Shown: one piece after another, positions 17,799 to 27,641 of the stretch
Position numbering within the stretch: the first letter of the stretch is position 1
How the letters are laid out: every line of letters starts with the position of its first letter
DNA from: Azonexus sp.
Lineage (GTDB): Bacteria > Pseudomonadota > Gammaproteobacteria > Burkholderiales > Rhodocyclaceae
Length of the DNA: 64,000 bases
Reading direction: 5' to 3'
NCBI GenBank assembly: GCA_030691385.1
Contig: JAUYEI010000014.1
Location: forward strand, 8,908-72,907
Position numbers and translations under genes: made by a program
Notes under the pieces: model-generated
Database searches by the model: none
Told to the model about the DNA's origin: nothing
What the model saw: only the letters and a program-made list of their open reading frames with translations

Positions 17799-18415
17799 GC
17801 TTCGACCACGAAGCCTTCTGGTCGGCCCGCTATCGCGATGCGGGTGAGGAGTACCTGTTCGGCACGGCGCCCAACAAGTTTCTCGCTTCGCAGGCGGGTG
17901 GCTTCGGCGCCGGCATGCGCGTGCTTTCGGTCGCTGACGGTGAGGGTCGCAACGCCGTCTGGCTGGCCGAGCAGGGCTGTCAGGTAACAGCCACCGAAAT
18001 TTCGCCGGTGGCGCTCGAGAAGGCGGCGAAACTGGCCCGTGGCCGGAATGTCGCGGTCGACTTCGTTGAAGCTGATATTTTGAACTGGGAGTGGCCGCGG
18101 GAAGAATTCGACGCCGTGGTCGGCATCTTCATCCAGTTCGCCACGCCGGCCGAGCGGCCGCGCCAGTTGGCCGGCATGAAGCAGGCCGTCAAATCGGGCG
18201 GTTTGCTGTTTTTGCAGGGCTATACGCCGAAACAGCTCGACTACAAGACGGGCGGGCCGTCAGCGGTGGAAAATCTGTACACCGCGGAAATGTTGCGTGA
18301 GATCTTCGCCGACTGGGAAATCGTCTTGTTTCATGAACATGAAGACACGATTGAAGAAGGTTCGGCCCACATCGGCCGATCGGCGCTGATCGACCTTGTG
18401 GCGCGTAAACCCTAG
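17795..18415 (+). CDS. Class I SAM-dependent methyltransferase
   Basis: VLSVADGEGRNAVWLA motif I variant. 4-nt overlap with thrC. Confidence 0.85.
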   Translation: MSFDHEAFWSARYRDAGEEYLFGTAPNKFLASQAGGFGAGMRVLSVADGEGRNAVWLAEQGCQVTATEISPVALEKAAKLARGRNVAVDFVEADILNWEWPREEFDAVVGIFIQFATPAERPRQLAGMKQAVKSGGLLFLQGYTPKQLDYKTGGPSAVENLYTAEMLREIFADWEIVLFHEHEDTIEEGSAHIGRSALIDLVARKP

Positions 18416-18553
18416 CTAGAGATAAATGACGGCTGGAAAGACGGCCACCGCCAGAACCAGCACCAGCCATTCGAGGTTGCGCCGGGCCAGAAAGCCCGTG
18501 AAATGCAGTACCAGGATGAAGATGGCGACGACATAGAACAGCGCAAACAGCAT
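18416..18553 (-). CDS. Small 45-aa two-helix membrane protein (not in ORF track)
   Basis: Manual translation MLFALFYVVAIFILVLHFTGFLARRNLEWLVLVLAVAVFPAVIYL*. AGGGG RBS upstream. Fills the gap exactly. Confidence 0.65.
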   Translation of the reverse strand: MLFALFYVVAIFILVLHFTGFLARRNLEWLVLVLAVAVFPAVIYL

Positions 18554-18618
18554 CTGAATTTCCCCTGATTATTTTTGGATCGTCTGATGCCGATTATGAC
18601 GACAATTCGCTCGGAATT

Positions 18619-19482
18619 CTAGCCGACGAAACGCATCGAGAGGTCGAGTGCCTTGACGTCCTTGGTCAGCGCGCCGACCGAAATCCGGTCGACGCCGGTT
18701 TCGGCAATGGCGCGGATGGTCTCCAGCGTGACGTTGCCGGAGGCTTCGAGAACGGCGCGGCCGGCGTTGATGGCGACGGCCTGGCGGAGCAGGTCGTTGG
18801 CGAAATTGTCGAGCAGGATCATCGTCGCGCCGGCGTTCAGGGCCTGATTCAGTTCATCGAGGTTCTCGACTTCGACCTGGATGAATTTGCAGCGATCGGC
18901 GGCGCTGGCCGCCACTTTTTTGGCTGCGTCCATGGCCTGGGCAATGCCACCGGCGGCGTGGATATGGTTTTCCTTGATCAGGATGGCGTCCCACAGGGCG
19001 AGGCGATGGTTGCCGCCGCCGCCGGCGCGAACTGCGTATTTTTGAGCGATGCGCAGGCCGGGCAGGGTCTTGCGCGTATCGACGACCTGCGCCTTGGTGC
19101 CGGCAATGGTGTCGGCGTAGAGGCGCGCCTTGCTGGCGACCGCGGAGAGCAATTGCAGGAAATTGAGGGCGCTGCGCTCGGCGGTGAGCAGGGCACGGCC
19201 GTTGCCGGCGATTGCGCAAAGCAGTTGGTTGGCGACGATGCGCTCGCCATCGGCGGCATGCCAGGTGACGACGGCCGTCGGGTCGCAGCGCCGCACGCAT
19301 TCGTCGAACCACGCCCGGCCGCAGAGCACGCCCGGTTCGCGGCAGATCACCGTGGCTTTGACCTGGCGTTCGCCGGGAACGAGGCTGGCAGTCAGGTCGC
19401 CGGCGCCGACATCCTCGGTCAGGGCGGCATCAACGTTGCGGGAAATTTCGGCGGCGAGCGGGTAATCGAAGGCGATGGTCAT
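18619..19482 (-). CDS. nadC: Nicotinate-nucleotide diphosphorylase (carboxylating)
   Basis: ALTEDVGAGDLT, ERSALNFLQ, DTRKTLPG, HRLALWDAILIKENH, VDRISVGALT. Confidence 0.95.
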   Translation of the reverse strand: MTIAFDYPLAAEISRNVDAALTEDVGAGDLTASLVPGERQVKATVICREPGVLCGRAWFDECVRRCDPTAVVTWHAADGERIVANQLLCAIAGNGRALLTAERSALNFLQLLSAVASKARLYADTIAGTKAQVVDTRKTLPGLRIAQKYAVRAGGGGNHRLALWDAILIKENHIHAAGGIAQAMDAAKKVAASAADRCKFIQVEVENLDELNQALNAGATMILLDNFANDLLRQAVAINAGRAVLEASGNVTLETIRAIAETGVDRISVGALTKDVKALDLSMRFVG

Positions 19483-19515
19483 TGCGGGATTCTGAATGCG
19501 GTGGTGGGCGCGATT

Positions 19516-21012
19516 TTACAGGCTGCCGTTGCCGGCAACCCATTCGTTGAACAGATTGCGCGCGGCATCGATGACTTCGCCGGCGGTCAGGCCGACCGGC
19601 CCGACGCCGTTGGCGACCAGGCGATCAGCCGCTGCGCCGTGCAGATGCACGCCCGCCAGCAGCGCCATTTCGGGCGGCCAGTTCTGGGCGAGCAGGGCGA
19701 CGATCAGGCCGCTCAGGACGTCACCCATGCCGGCCGTGGCCATGCCGGGATTGCCTGTTGAATTTAGCCAAAATTTCCGGTTCACCGTAGCAATCACCGT
19801 TCCGCAGCCCTTGAGGGCGACGTGGCAGCGATAGCGGCTGGCCAGCTCGCCGGCGGCCTTGATCCGGTCGGTCTGCACGTCACGCACCGAGCAGCCGAGC
19901 AGGCGGGCGGCTTCGGTCGGGTGCGGGGTCATGATGGCCGGGCCGACGCGGTTGTAGAGGTTGCCTTCGAGGCGCCCGTCTTCAGCCAGCAGGTTGAGCG
20001 CATCGGCATCGAGGACGAGCTGGACCGGGGCTTTGAGCGATTGTTCGAGCAGACGCAGGGCTTCCGAGGAGCGACCCAGCCCGGGTCCGCAGGCGAGCGC
20101 CTGGAGGTCGGCCTGGAGCAGGGTGTCGGCGCGGCGCATCATGAGCTCTGGCTGGAGCAGGTCGACGGCCGGCGCATCGGCGTCGAGCAGCCCGAGATAG
20201 ACGCGGCCGGCGCCCAGTTTGAGCGCGGCGCGGCCGGCCAGCAGGGCGGCGCCAACCATCGATTTGCCGCCGCCGAGAATGCCGGCGCTGCCGAAGCTGC
20301 CTTTGTGCGTGTTGTTCCGGCGCGGTTTCAGGCGGGAGGCAAAATCGGCCAGGGTGACGATGCGGCTATCCGGCTCGAGTTCGTCGGCCGGATTCAGGGC
20401 GAGGTCGGCGATGCGAATCTCGCCGCAGCAATCGGGGCCGTCGGCGGTGAGCAGCCCGGGCTTGCCGGCAATGAAGGTGATCGTGTGGCTGGCCTGAATG
20501 CACGGGGCAAAGCTGGCGCCGGTGTCGGCATTGAGCCCGGACGGGCAGTCGAGCGCCAGCAGCGGGCAGTTGTCGCGTTCGGCCAGGCGGTTGGCCGTGG
20601 TGATCCACTGGGCGTAGCTGCCCTCCGGCGCTCGGGTCAGGCCGATGCCGAACAGGCCGTCGATGATCAAGGACCAGCGGACATTCTCGGGAATCGCTGT
20701 GCTCGTCTCGCCACCGGCTGTGATGAAGGTTTGTCGGGCGGCCGCCGCATCGGCCGGGAGTTTCCCGGCATCGTCGGCGAAAACGACGCGCACGTCGAAG
20801 AAGCGTTGGCGCAGCAGGCGCGCCACCTCGAAGGCATCGCCGCCGTTGTTGCCCGGTCCGGCGAGAATCAGGATGGCGTGGTTCCGTTCGCCGGCGAGGC
20901 TGACCGCCCAGTCGGCGGCGGCCGCTCCGGCGCGTTGCATCAGGGCGTCATTGGCGTGATGGCTTTCGATCTGGCGCAGGCTCGGCGAGCGGTAAAGCGT
21001 GTTCGGGTTCAT
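19516..21012 (-). CDS. nnr: Bifunctional NAD(P)H-hydrate epimerase/dehydratase (YjeF/Nnr)
   Basis: GPGNNGGD, IDGLFGIGL, ALDCPSGL, GPGLG, LDADALN, TPHPTEAARL, NPGMATAGMGDVLSG. Confidence 0.92.
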   Translation of the reverse strand: MNPNTLYRSPSLRQIESHHANDALMQRAGAAAADWAVSLAGERNHAILILAGPGNNGGDAFEVARLLRQRFFDVRVVFADDAGKLPADAAAARQTFITAGGETSTAIPENVRWSLIIDGLFGIGLTRAPEGSYAQWITTANRLAERDNCPLLALDCPSGLNADTGASFAPCIQASHTITFIAGKPGLLTADGPDCCGEIRIADLALNPADELEPDSRIVTLADFASRLKPRRNNTHKGSFGSAGILGGGKSMVGAALLAGRAALKLGAGRVYLGLLDADAPAVDLLQPELMMRRADTLLQADLQALACGPGLGRSSEALRLLEQSLKAPVQLVLDADALNLLAEDGRLEGNLYNRVGPAIMTPHPTEAARLLGCSVRDVQTDRIKAAGELASRYRCHVALKGCGTVIATVNRKFWLNSTGNPGMATAGMGDVLSGLIVALLAQNWPPEMALLAGVHLHGAAADRLVANGVGPVGLTAGEVIDAARNLFNEWVAGNGSL

Positions 21013-23786
21013 GACGGGATTCTAGCGCCGGATGCTTGTCTCGCATGCTTGAGAATCATCGCGAACAGCGTGTCCGGATCGATGGGCTTCGAGATGTGGT
21101 CGACCATGCCGGCAGCAAAGCAGGCGTCCCGTTCTTCGGCCAGGGCATGAGCTGTCTGGCCGATGATCGGCAGCTCGGGGGCGAACTGGTGGATGGCGCG
21201 GGTGGCTTCGAAACCGTTCATCACCGGCATCTGGATATCCATCAAAACGACATCGTAGGCCGGCGCGCCATGCCTGCGGACGGCATCCACGGCCTGCTGG
21301 CCATCCTCCGCAAAGCTGGCTTCGGCGCCGACCTCGGCAAGAATTTCGCTCATGATCAGGCGGTTGATATCGACGTCTTCGGCGACCAGAATGCGCAGCC
21401 CGTTGAGGATTTTGGGCGTCGCCGCGCTGGCCGCCACGGTTTCGCGTGTTGGCGGGCTTTGGCGGCGGACGGGGGTGTAGGGCAGGTGCACCGTGAAGCA
21501 GCTGCCGACATCGGGCGTGCTGTCGACGCTGATCGTGCCGCCCATGAGGCGAACGAGGTGATCGGTGATGGCCAGCCCGAGGCCGGAGCCGCCGAAGCGC
21601 CGGGTCGTCGAATTGTCGCCCTGCTCGAAGGGGTTGAAGATATTGCCCATCTGCGCCGGCGAGATGCCGATGCCGGTGTCGGTAATGCGGAAACGCAGGT
21701 CGTCGCCGTCGAGGTCGGCGTCGAGGCTGACGCTGCCGTTGCTGGTGAACTTGACGGCGTTGGAGAGCAGATTGAGCAGGATCTGGCGCAGGCGCAGGGC
21801 GTCGCTGCGACACTCGGCGGGCAGGTCGTCGGCACGCCTCAGGCTGAATTCAAGGCCTTTGCCGGTGGCGCGCTCCTGCATCATCTCGACGGTTTCGTCG
21901 AGAACGACACGGAGGTCGACCGGCGTGTCCTCGATCTTGAGCATGCCGGCTTCCATCTTCGAGAAATCGAGGATGTCGTTGATGATGCCGAGCAGCAGCT
22001 TGCCGGAATGCTGGATCTTGACCAGGGCGTCGTGCGCCTTGCTGCCATCTTCCGTCGCGCGCAGGCCGATGTGCGTCATGCCGAGGACACCGTGCAGCGG
22101 CGTGCGGATTTCATGGCTCATCTTGGCCAGGAATTCGCTCTTGGCCATGGCCAGCCGGATGGCATCGGCCCGCGCCAGTTCGAGATCGGCCGTGCGTTCC
22201 TCGACCAGTTGTTCGAGATGGTCGCGGTAACGGGCGATCTCGGCATCCTTGCGCTGGTGCTCGTCGAGCCCATTGCGCAGTTCGGTCTCCATCGCCTTGA
22301 TGTCGCTGATGTCGGCCACGAAGCCGCAGAAAATGATGCTGTTGTCCGTGCTCGGCTCGGGAATGGCACGGATGAGCAGCCATTTGATCTGCCCATCGGG
22401 CATGCACAGGCGATACTCGTGCCGCCAGGGCGTCAGGTTTTTTGCGGCAGCGTTCAGCGTGTGCATGAACAGTGGAAGGTCATCCGGATGGATCATCCGG
22501 CGCAGGCTGTCGGTGCTTTCGCGGACCTCCTCGGGCGTGACGCCATAAAGCTCCTTGATCGCATCGCTGGCAAACGGAAAACTGCCGTGGCCATCGGCGT
22601 TCAGACGGTACTGGAAGACGACGCCCGGCACTTCCGAGACGATCTGGCGCAGGCGCTTGTTGGCGGAGTGTTCGGCCGCCTTGGCCTCTTCGGCGATGAT
22701 GACTTCGTGCAGGCCGTTGAAGGCCGTGGTCAATTGCCCGATTTCGTCATTCCGGTGCACCGGCAGTGCCTGGCGCGGCACTTCGCCGCGGCTCATCCGG
22801 GTCAGCAACTGCGAGGTTTCGGCCAGTGGCTGGAACTGCCGCCGCAGCCACCACCAGCACAGGATGGCGAGGACGAGGGTGAGGCCGGACGAGACCATGA
22901 CCAGGTGTCGCTCGACACTGTCGATCGGTGCGAAGGCTTCGGCGGCGGGCAGGACCGATTGCATGAGCCAGCCGGTCGTCGGTATTTCCTTGCTCGACGA
23001 CAGTTCGAGAACACCGCGGGAGCTGCGGGCCAGCCCGGAGCCTTCGTTGCCGTCGATGTAGCGGTCGTACACCGCATTGACGCCGCGCGGCGGGCCGCTC
23101 TTGAGCAAGCGGCGCTTGTCCGAAGCGGTGACGTAGCTGCGCGTTTTGGGCGCAGTGATCAGGAAATCGCCCGTCACCCCGTATTTCGTCGTGCCGATCT
23201 GATCGAGGAAATTCGGCAGGTTCAGGTTGGTGACCCCGACGACGACGCCAACCACCTGTTTTTGCGCGTCATGGATCGGCGCCATGATGGCAAAGAGCGG
23301 TTGCTGGCTGTGTTCGCTGAATAGCGGATCGGTAATCGTTGCGCCGGCGCCACTGAGCACATGCCTGATCCCCGGGTAGTCGAGAAAGTTGACGCCGGTG
23401 CGCTTGAGTTGGCGCGGAATGCTCGCCACCGCCATCCCCTGGCGATCGATGACGATCACGCCCCAGTTGAAAATGCTCTCGGGGAGTGGGTGGCGCTCGA
23501 GCGAGGCCTGGGCTTCCGGCGAGTCGCCCAGCCGGCTGATGCGATAGCCGTCGGCGATGGTCTGGATGATCTGCTGCCGTTCGCGAATGGAGCGGTCGAG
23601 TTCGTTGGCAATCAGGGCGACTGTCGAGAACTGCTGCCTCGAGATGGTCGTTTCCATGTCGCGGCGCATGGTATGGCCCAAGGCAAAAACGGCACTCCAC
23701 AACACGAACAGGCCAAGCAGCAAAACGCCGATGGTGATGCGCACCTGCAGCGATCGCAAGTCGAACAGCGCGAGCAGTTTTTTCAT
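21009..23786 (-). CDS. Hybrid sensor histidine kinase (Cache-HAMP-PAS-HisKA-HATPase-REC)
   Basis: FLAKMSHEIRTPLHG H-box, NLLSNAVKFT, GSGLGLAI, C-terminal VLMDIQMPVMNG receiver. Confidence 0.92.
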   Translation of the reverse strand: MKKLLALFDLRSLQVRITIGVLLLGLFVLWSAVFALGHTMRRDMETTISRQQFSTVALIANELDRSIRERQQIIQTIADGYRISRLGDSPEAQASLERHPLPESIFNWGVIVIDRQGMAVASIPRQLKRTGVNFLDYPGIRHVLSGAGATITDPLFSEHSQQPLFAIMAPIHDAQKQVVGVVVGVTNLNLPNFLDQIGTTKYGVTGDFLITAPKTRSYVTASDKRRLLKSGPPRGVNAVYDRYIDGNEGSGLARSSRGVLELSSSKEIPTTGWLMQSVLPAAEAFAPIDSVERHLVMVSSGLTLVLAILCWWWLRRQFQPLAETSQLLTRMSRGEVPRQALPVHRNDEIGQLTTAFNGLHEVIIAEEAKAAEHSANKRLRQIVSEVPGVVFQYRLNADGHGSFPFASDAIKELYGVTPEEVRESTDSLRRMIHPDDLPLFMHTLNAAAKNLTPWRHEYRLCMPDGQIKWLLIRAIPEPSTDNSIIFCGFVADISDIKAMETELRNGLDEHQRKDAEIARYRDHLEQLVEERTADLELARADAIRLAMAKSEFLAKMSHEIRTPLHGVLGMTHIGLRATEDGSKAHDALVKIQHSGKLLLGIINDILDFSKMEAGMLKIEDTPVDLRVVLDETVEMMQERATGKGLEFSLRRADDLPAECRSDALRLRQILLNLLSNAVKFTSNGSVSLDADLDGDDLRFRITDTGIGISPAQMGNIFNPFEQGDNSTTRRFGGSGLGLAITDHLVRLMGGTISVDSTPDVGSCFTVHLPYTPVRRQSPPTRETVAASAATPKILNGLRILVAEDVDINRLIMSEILAEVGAEASFAEDGQQAVDAVRRHGAPAYDVVLMDIQMPVMNGFEATRAIHQFAPELPIIGQTAHALAEERDACFAAGMVDHISKPIDPDTLFAMILKHARQASGARIPS

Positions 23787-23820
23787 TGTGTTTTCTTGTT
23801 CTTGGCTATTTTTTGACAGC

Positions 23821-24723
23821 TTACGGCGTCCGGATCGATTTCGCCAGAAGGATGGTTTGGCGGTGAATGCTGACGGTATCGTTTATCTGGCGGGCGTAGC
23901 CGCCGGCCATGGCAATGGCGACCGGCGCCGGGTGAGCGCGGCATTTGGTGAAAACCATGCGGTCCCGTTCGGCCAGTCCATCGATGCTCATGGCCAGTCG
24001 TCCGAGGCGGTCGTCGTGGTAGGGATCGGCGCCGGCCAGGTAGATGACGAGGTCGGGGCGAGCGAGGTCGAAGGCGGTATCGAGGCCGTGGGCCAGTTGC
24101 AGCAGGTAGGCGTCGTCGGAACAGCCGTCGGGCAATTCGATATCGAGGTCGCTCTGTTCCTTGGCGAAGGGAAAGTTGCGGGCGCCGTGGATGGAGAAGG
24201 TGAAGATGCTGTCATCGCCGCGCAGGATGCTGGCCGTGCCATTGCCCTGATGCACATCGCAATCGACGATCAGCACGCGTTCGACGCGGCCTTCGGCCTG
24301 CATGGCGCGGGCGGCGACGGCAGCGTCGTTGAAGACGCAGAAGCCTTCGCCGTGCTCGCGGAAAGCGTGGTGCGTGCCGCCGGCCAGATTGGCCGCGACG
24401 CCGTCTTCGAGCGCCGCTCGGCAGGCGCCGATGGTGGCCCCGGCCGAGCGGCGGGAGCGTTCGACCATGCCCTCGCTCCACGGAAAGCCGATTTGCTTTT
24501 CGGCCGTTTTTTCCAGTTGACCGTGGGAAACGGCGTCGATGTACTTCAGGTCGTGGGCGCGGGCCAGTTCTTCGTCCGTGGCGGCGTGCGGCAGGTGAAA
24601 ATCAGCCGGGCTGAACTCGCCGCTGGCGAGCAGTGCTTCGCGTAGCCGGGAATACTTTTCCATCGGGAAACGGTGCCCGGCTGGCAGCGGCAAAACGAAA
24701 ACATCGGTGTAAAACAGCCGCAC
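23821..24723 (-). CDS. Histone deacetylase superfamily protein
   Basis: HRFPMEKY, GGTHHA, GFCVFND, DCDVHQGNGT, AGADP motifs. Confidence 0.92.
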   Translation of the reverse strand: MRLFYTDVFVLPLPAGHRFPMEKYSRLREALLASGEFSPADFHLPHAATDEELARAHDLKYIDAVSHGQLEKTAEKQIGFPWSEGMVERSRRSAGATIGACRAALEDGVAANLAGGTHHAFREHGEGFCVFNDAAVAARAMQAEGRVERVLIVDCDVHQGNGTASILRGDDSIFTFSIHGARNFPFAKEQSDLDIELPDGCSDDAYLLQLAHGLDTAFDLARPDLVIYLAGADPYHDDRLGRLAMSIDGLAERDRMVFTKCRAHPAPVAIAMAGGYARQINDTVSIHRQTILLAKSIRTP

Positions 24724-24746
24724 AGCCGATGCCTACGCGGAAAAGC

Positions 24747-25604
24747 CTAGTTGAGGGCGGCCGACATCTTGCGACGGAATTCGCGGATCAGGTCGTCGTA
24801 CTGGTCGCTGCCGGCGAGGGCTTCGAACAGGGTGAGCAAGGCCTTGCGGCCGGCACCTTCGTCGAAGGCGCGGTCACGGACGACGACGTCGAGCGCCGCT
24901 TCCATGGCTTCGCGGAAACGGGCCTGGGCGGCGTAGGCGCGCGAGAGGTCGAGGCGGACGGCGTGGTCGGCCGGGTTGGCGGCCAGCTTGGCTTCGAGTT
25001 CGGCTGTGTCGGCAGCGCCGGCCGAGAGCGCCAGGCGGGCGCGCAGGGCGTTGGCGCGGTCGGCTTCCTGGGTGTAGTCGCCGGAGAGCAGTTGGCCGGC
25101 TTCGTCGTTGCGGCCGAGTTGCATCATGACGTCGACGGCGTCGAGCTGGATGGCCTGGTCTTCGGGCTTGGCTTTGCTGGCTTCGACCAGCTTGGCGAGC
25201 GCTTCTTCGAGCTTGCCTTCGATGACCAGCGCGGCGGCTTCGGCGCGCAGGTCGCCGCCCGGGGCGGGGGGCAGGGCGAAACGGTCGAGAAATTCGCGGA
25301 TCTGGCCTTCGGGCAGGGCGCCGTTGAATTCATCGACGAGCTGGCCCTGGAACAGGACCTTGACCGACGGAATGCTGCGCACGCCGAAGTGCTGAGAGAG
25401 CTCGGGGTTTTCGTCGGCATTGACCATGGCGAGCAGGAAGCGGCCCTTGTATTCCTCGGCGAGCTTCTCGAGCAGGGGCTTGAGCACCTTGCACGGCTCG
25501 CACCACGGCGCCCAGAAATCGACGACCACCGGCACGCTTTCGGCTGGCTGGAGAACCTTGGTTTCGAAATCTTCGATGGATACGTCAAAAGCAAATTCGG
25601 ACAT
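24747..25604 (-). CDS. ybbN: Thioredoxin-TPR chaperedoxin YbbN/CnoX
   Basis: VVDFWAPWCEPCK thioredoxin site plus C-terminal TPR region (RKALLTLF). Confidence 0.88.
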   Translation of the reverse strand: MSEFAFDVSIEDFETKVLQPAESVPVVVDFWAPWCEPCKVLKPLLEKLAEEYKGRFLLAMVNADENPELSQHFGVRSIPSVKVLFQGQLVDEFNGALPEGQIREFLDRFALPPAPGGDLRAEAAALVIEGKLEEALAKLVEASKAKPEDQAIQLDAVDVMMQLGRNDEAGQLLSGDYTQEADRANALRARLALSAGAADTAELEAKLAANPADHAVRLDLSRAYAAQARFREAMEAALDVVVRDRAFDEGAGRKALLTLFEALAGSDQYDDLIREFRRKMSAALN

Positions 25605-25621
25605 GGCGGGGCCTGTTTAAA

Positions 25622-26296
25622 TTAGAGTCGGGTGAATTCTACCGTCAGCTTCATGGCGGCGGGAGAATGCAGGGAAAGCGTCGAGCCGTCGTGGCCTGCC
25701 AGCCATTCGGCGAGGCGGGCCGGGAAGTCGGGGGTGTCGGGTAGAGCATCGCTTGTGGTGCCATCTGCCAACTGGAGGCAGGCCGGCGAATTTTCAAGAG
25801 TGCCTCGGCTCAAGGCCAGCCAGTGGCCGCTGGCGACATCGGCCGCGTGGTCGAGCTGGGCACACAGCACCTGGGCGCAACGGCCTTCTTTGAGCCAGAC
25901 GATGGCCAGGTTGAGCAGCAGCGACCAGTTCGCCACCCCCTCGCTGTCGAGCGGCAGGTGCATGGCCGTTTGCAGGCCGGGCAGGAAAGTCTGGATCTGG
26001 GCGGCGGCGATGGCCGGCTGGGTGGCGAGAAAATCGTAGGGCATCGGCTCGGCGCTGCCATTACAGACTTCTTCGAGCAGGGTCAGCGTTTCGAGGCGCG
26101 GGCCGCTGGTCGATTGCCAGAGCAGGGTGGTTGGCAGGGCGCGGCGCTCAACTGGCAGGCAGGCCAGGGCGCCGACCAGGGCCAGCTGGGTGAGCGGCGC
26201 GGCACGGCGCAGCGGCTTGCCGAGCGCGGCACGGACGGCGGCCGGCAGGTCGGCGGGGGCGAAGCTTTGGCTGAGGACGGTGGTCAGGCTGATCAT
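25622..26296 (-). CDS. Truncated, catalytically inactive ketosynthase-like (chain-length-factor-like) protein
   Basis: LRRAAPLTQLAL and PYDFLATQPAIAA resemble the KS N-terminal domain. No active-site Cys motif. 4-nt overlap with the KS gene. Confidence 0.6.
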   Translation of the reverse strand: MISLTTVLSQSFAPADLPAAVRAALGKPLRRAAPLTQLALVGALACLPVERRALPTTLLWQSTSGPRLETLTLLEEVCNGSAEPMPYDFLATQPAIAAAQIQTFLPGLQTAMHLPLDSEGVANWSLLLNLAIVWLKEGRCAQVLCAQLDHAADVASGHWLALSRGTLENSPACLQLADGTTSDALPDTPDFPARLAEWLAGHDGSTLSLHSPAAMKLTVEFTRL

Positions 26297-27375
26297 CCGT
26301 GGCGCTCCACGATCAGGCTGGCCAGCCCGCCGCCAAAGCCGATCAGGTTGAGCAGGGCGCGCTCGATGTGTTCGGTGCTGCGCTCGACCATCGGAAACAG
26401 GGCGATTTCCGGATCGACCTTGGAAAAACCAGCCGTGGCTGGGATCTTGTCGGCATCGAGGCAGGCGAGCAGGGCAGCCAGTTCGGCCAGGCCGCTGGCG
26501 CCCAGCGTGTGGCCGAGGCCGGGTTTCAGCGAGAGGAGCGGCGGCATGTTTTGACCAAAGACGCTGCGCAGGGCGTTGGCTTCAGCCAGATCGGTGCCCG
26601 GCGAGCCGGCGGCCTGCAGCTTGATGAGTTCGATGTCGGCGGATTTCAATTTTGCGTCATTTAGACAGTCGACCGTGACATCGGCGATTCGGCAGCCGTC
26701 CGGATTGGGTCCGGTGGTCGAATAGCCGTCGAGGCCGGTGCGCAGGCCGGCGACGCGCCAGGTGGCGGGTTTGGCGCTGAGGCGCACGGCGGCGACCGCC
26801 TCGCCGAGAACCAGGCCGTCACGTCGGGCGTCAAAGGGGCGTCCTGCCGTGCGCGAGAGCAATTCCATGGCGGCAAAGCCGGCCAGCGTGCTGTCGTTGG
26901 CGAGTTCGACGCCGAGGACGATGGCGTCGTCGATGAGGCCGGCGGCGATCAGGCTGCGCGCCGCGTCGAGGGCGGAAAAGCCGGAGGTGCAGGCGTTGGA
27001 AAAGCTGGTGCGGGCACCGCTCAGGCCCAGCCATTCGCTGATTTTCCGGCTGAATGCAGCGTTGGCAACCGGCAGGTCGAACGGTGCGCCGAGTTGCTCG
27101 AAATGGCCGATCTGGAAGGACGACGAGGCGATGAACAGCGGCGCTTCGGGGGGTAAGGGGCCAAGCTGGCCGGTGACCTGGCGGATGGCTTGCTCGGCGC
27201 GGAGCAGCCAGTCGACCTCGTTCAGTGGAAGCCCAAAATAGGGAAAAGCCCGCTCGCCGAGCTTTCGTTGGCCGGCGCCGCATTCGCCATTCCACAGGGC
27301 GCTGGCGACGGTGGCCGGCGAATTGCCGCGGGCGCAAAGCAGGGCGGTTTTATTGATGAATACCGGGCGCGTCAT
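26293..27375 (-). CDS. Beta-ketoacyl-ACP synthase (type II KS)
   Basis: SNACTSG catalytic Cys, PFDARRDGLVLGEA, KPGLGHTLGASG. ATG at 27375. Confidence 0.88.
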   Translation of the reverse strand: MTRPVFINKTALLCARGNSPATVASALWNGECGAGQRKLGERAFPYFGLPLNEVDWLLRAEQAIRQVTGQLGPLPPEAPLFIASSSFQIGHFEQLGAPFDLPVANAAFSRKISEWLGLSGARTSFSNACTSGFSALDAARSLIAAGLIDDAIVLGVELANDSTLAGFAAMELLSRTAGRPFDARRDGLVLGEAVAAVRLSAKPATWRVAGLRTGLDGYSTTGPNPDGCRIADVTVDCLNDAKLKSADIELIKLQAAGSPGTDLAEANALRSVFGQNMPPLLSLKPGLGHTLGASGLAELAALLACLDADKIPATAGFSKVDPEIALFPMVERSTEHIERALLNLIGFGGGLASLIVERHG

Positions 27376-27641
27376 GCGCGGCTGGCCAGCCAGGCGTCGA
27401 GGTGTTCGGCCATGTTGGCGACGCTGGACAGGACGCGCCGGGTTTCCTTGCTGTCCGGCAGGCGCAGGCCGTAGGTCTTCTTGATCGCCATCGAGACCTG
27501 CAGGGCGTCGAGCGAATCCAGTTGCAGCGGCGCTTCCGGCCCGAAGAGGATTTCGTCGTCGGTGATGCTTTCCGGGGCGCAATCCTTGTCGCAGGCTTCG
27601 ACGATCAGGGCTTTGAGGGCGAGGCGGAGGTCGGTGGTCAT
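27372..27641 (-). CDS. Acyl carrier protein
   Basis: 89 aa, acidic, LQLDSLDALQ phosphopantetheinylation motif. Confidence 0.9.
   Translation of the reverse strand: MTTDLRLALKALIVEACDKDCAPESITDDEILFGPEAPLQLDSLDALQVSMAIKKTYGLRLPDSKETRRVLSSVANMAEHLDAWLASRA

Noticed and set aside
21036-23324. Long antisense ORFs (also 33690..35273, 36192..37280, 48101..49618, 53430..54833 and others)
   Set aside because: Opposite-strand shadows of well-supported genes, expected from high-GC codon bias. No motifs.
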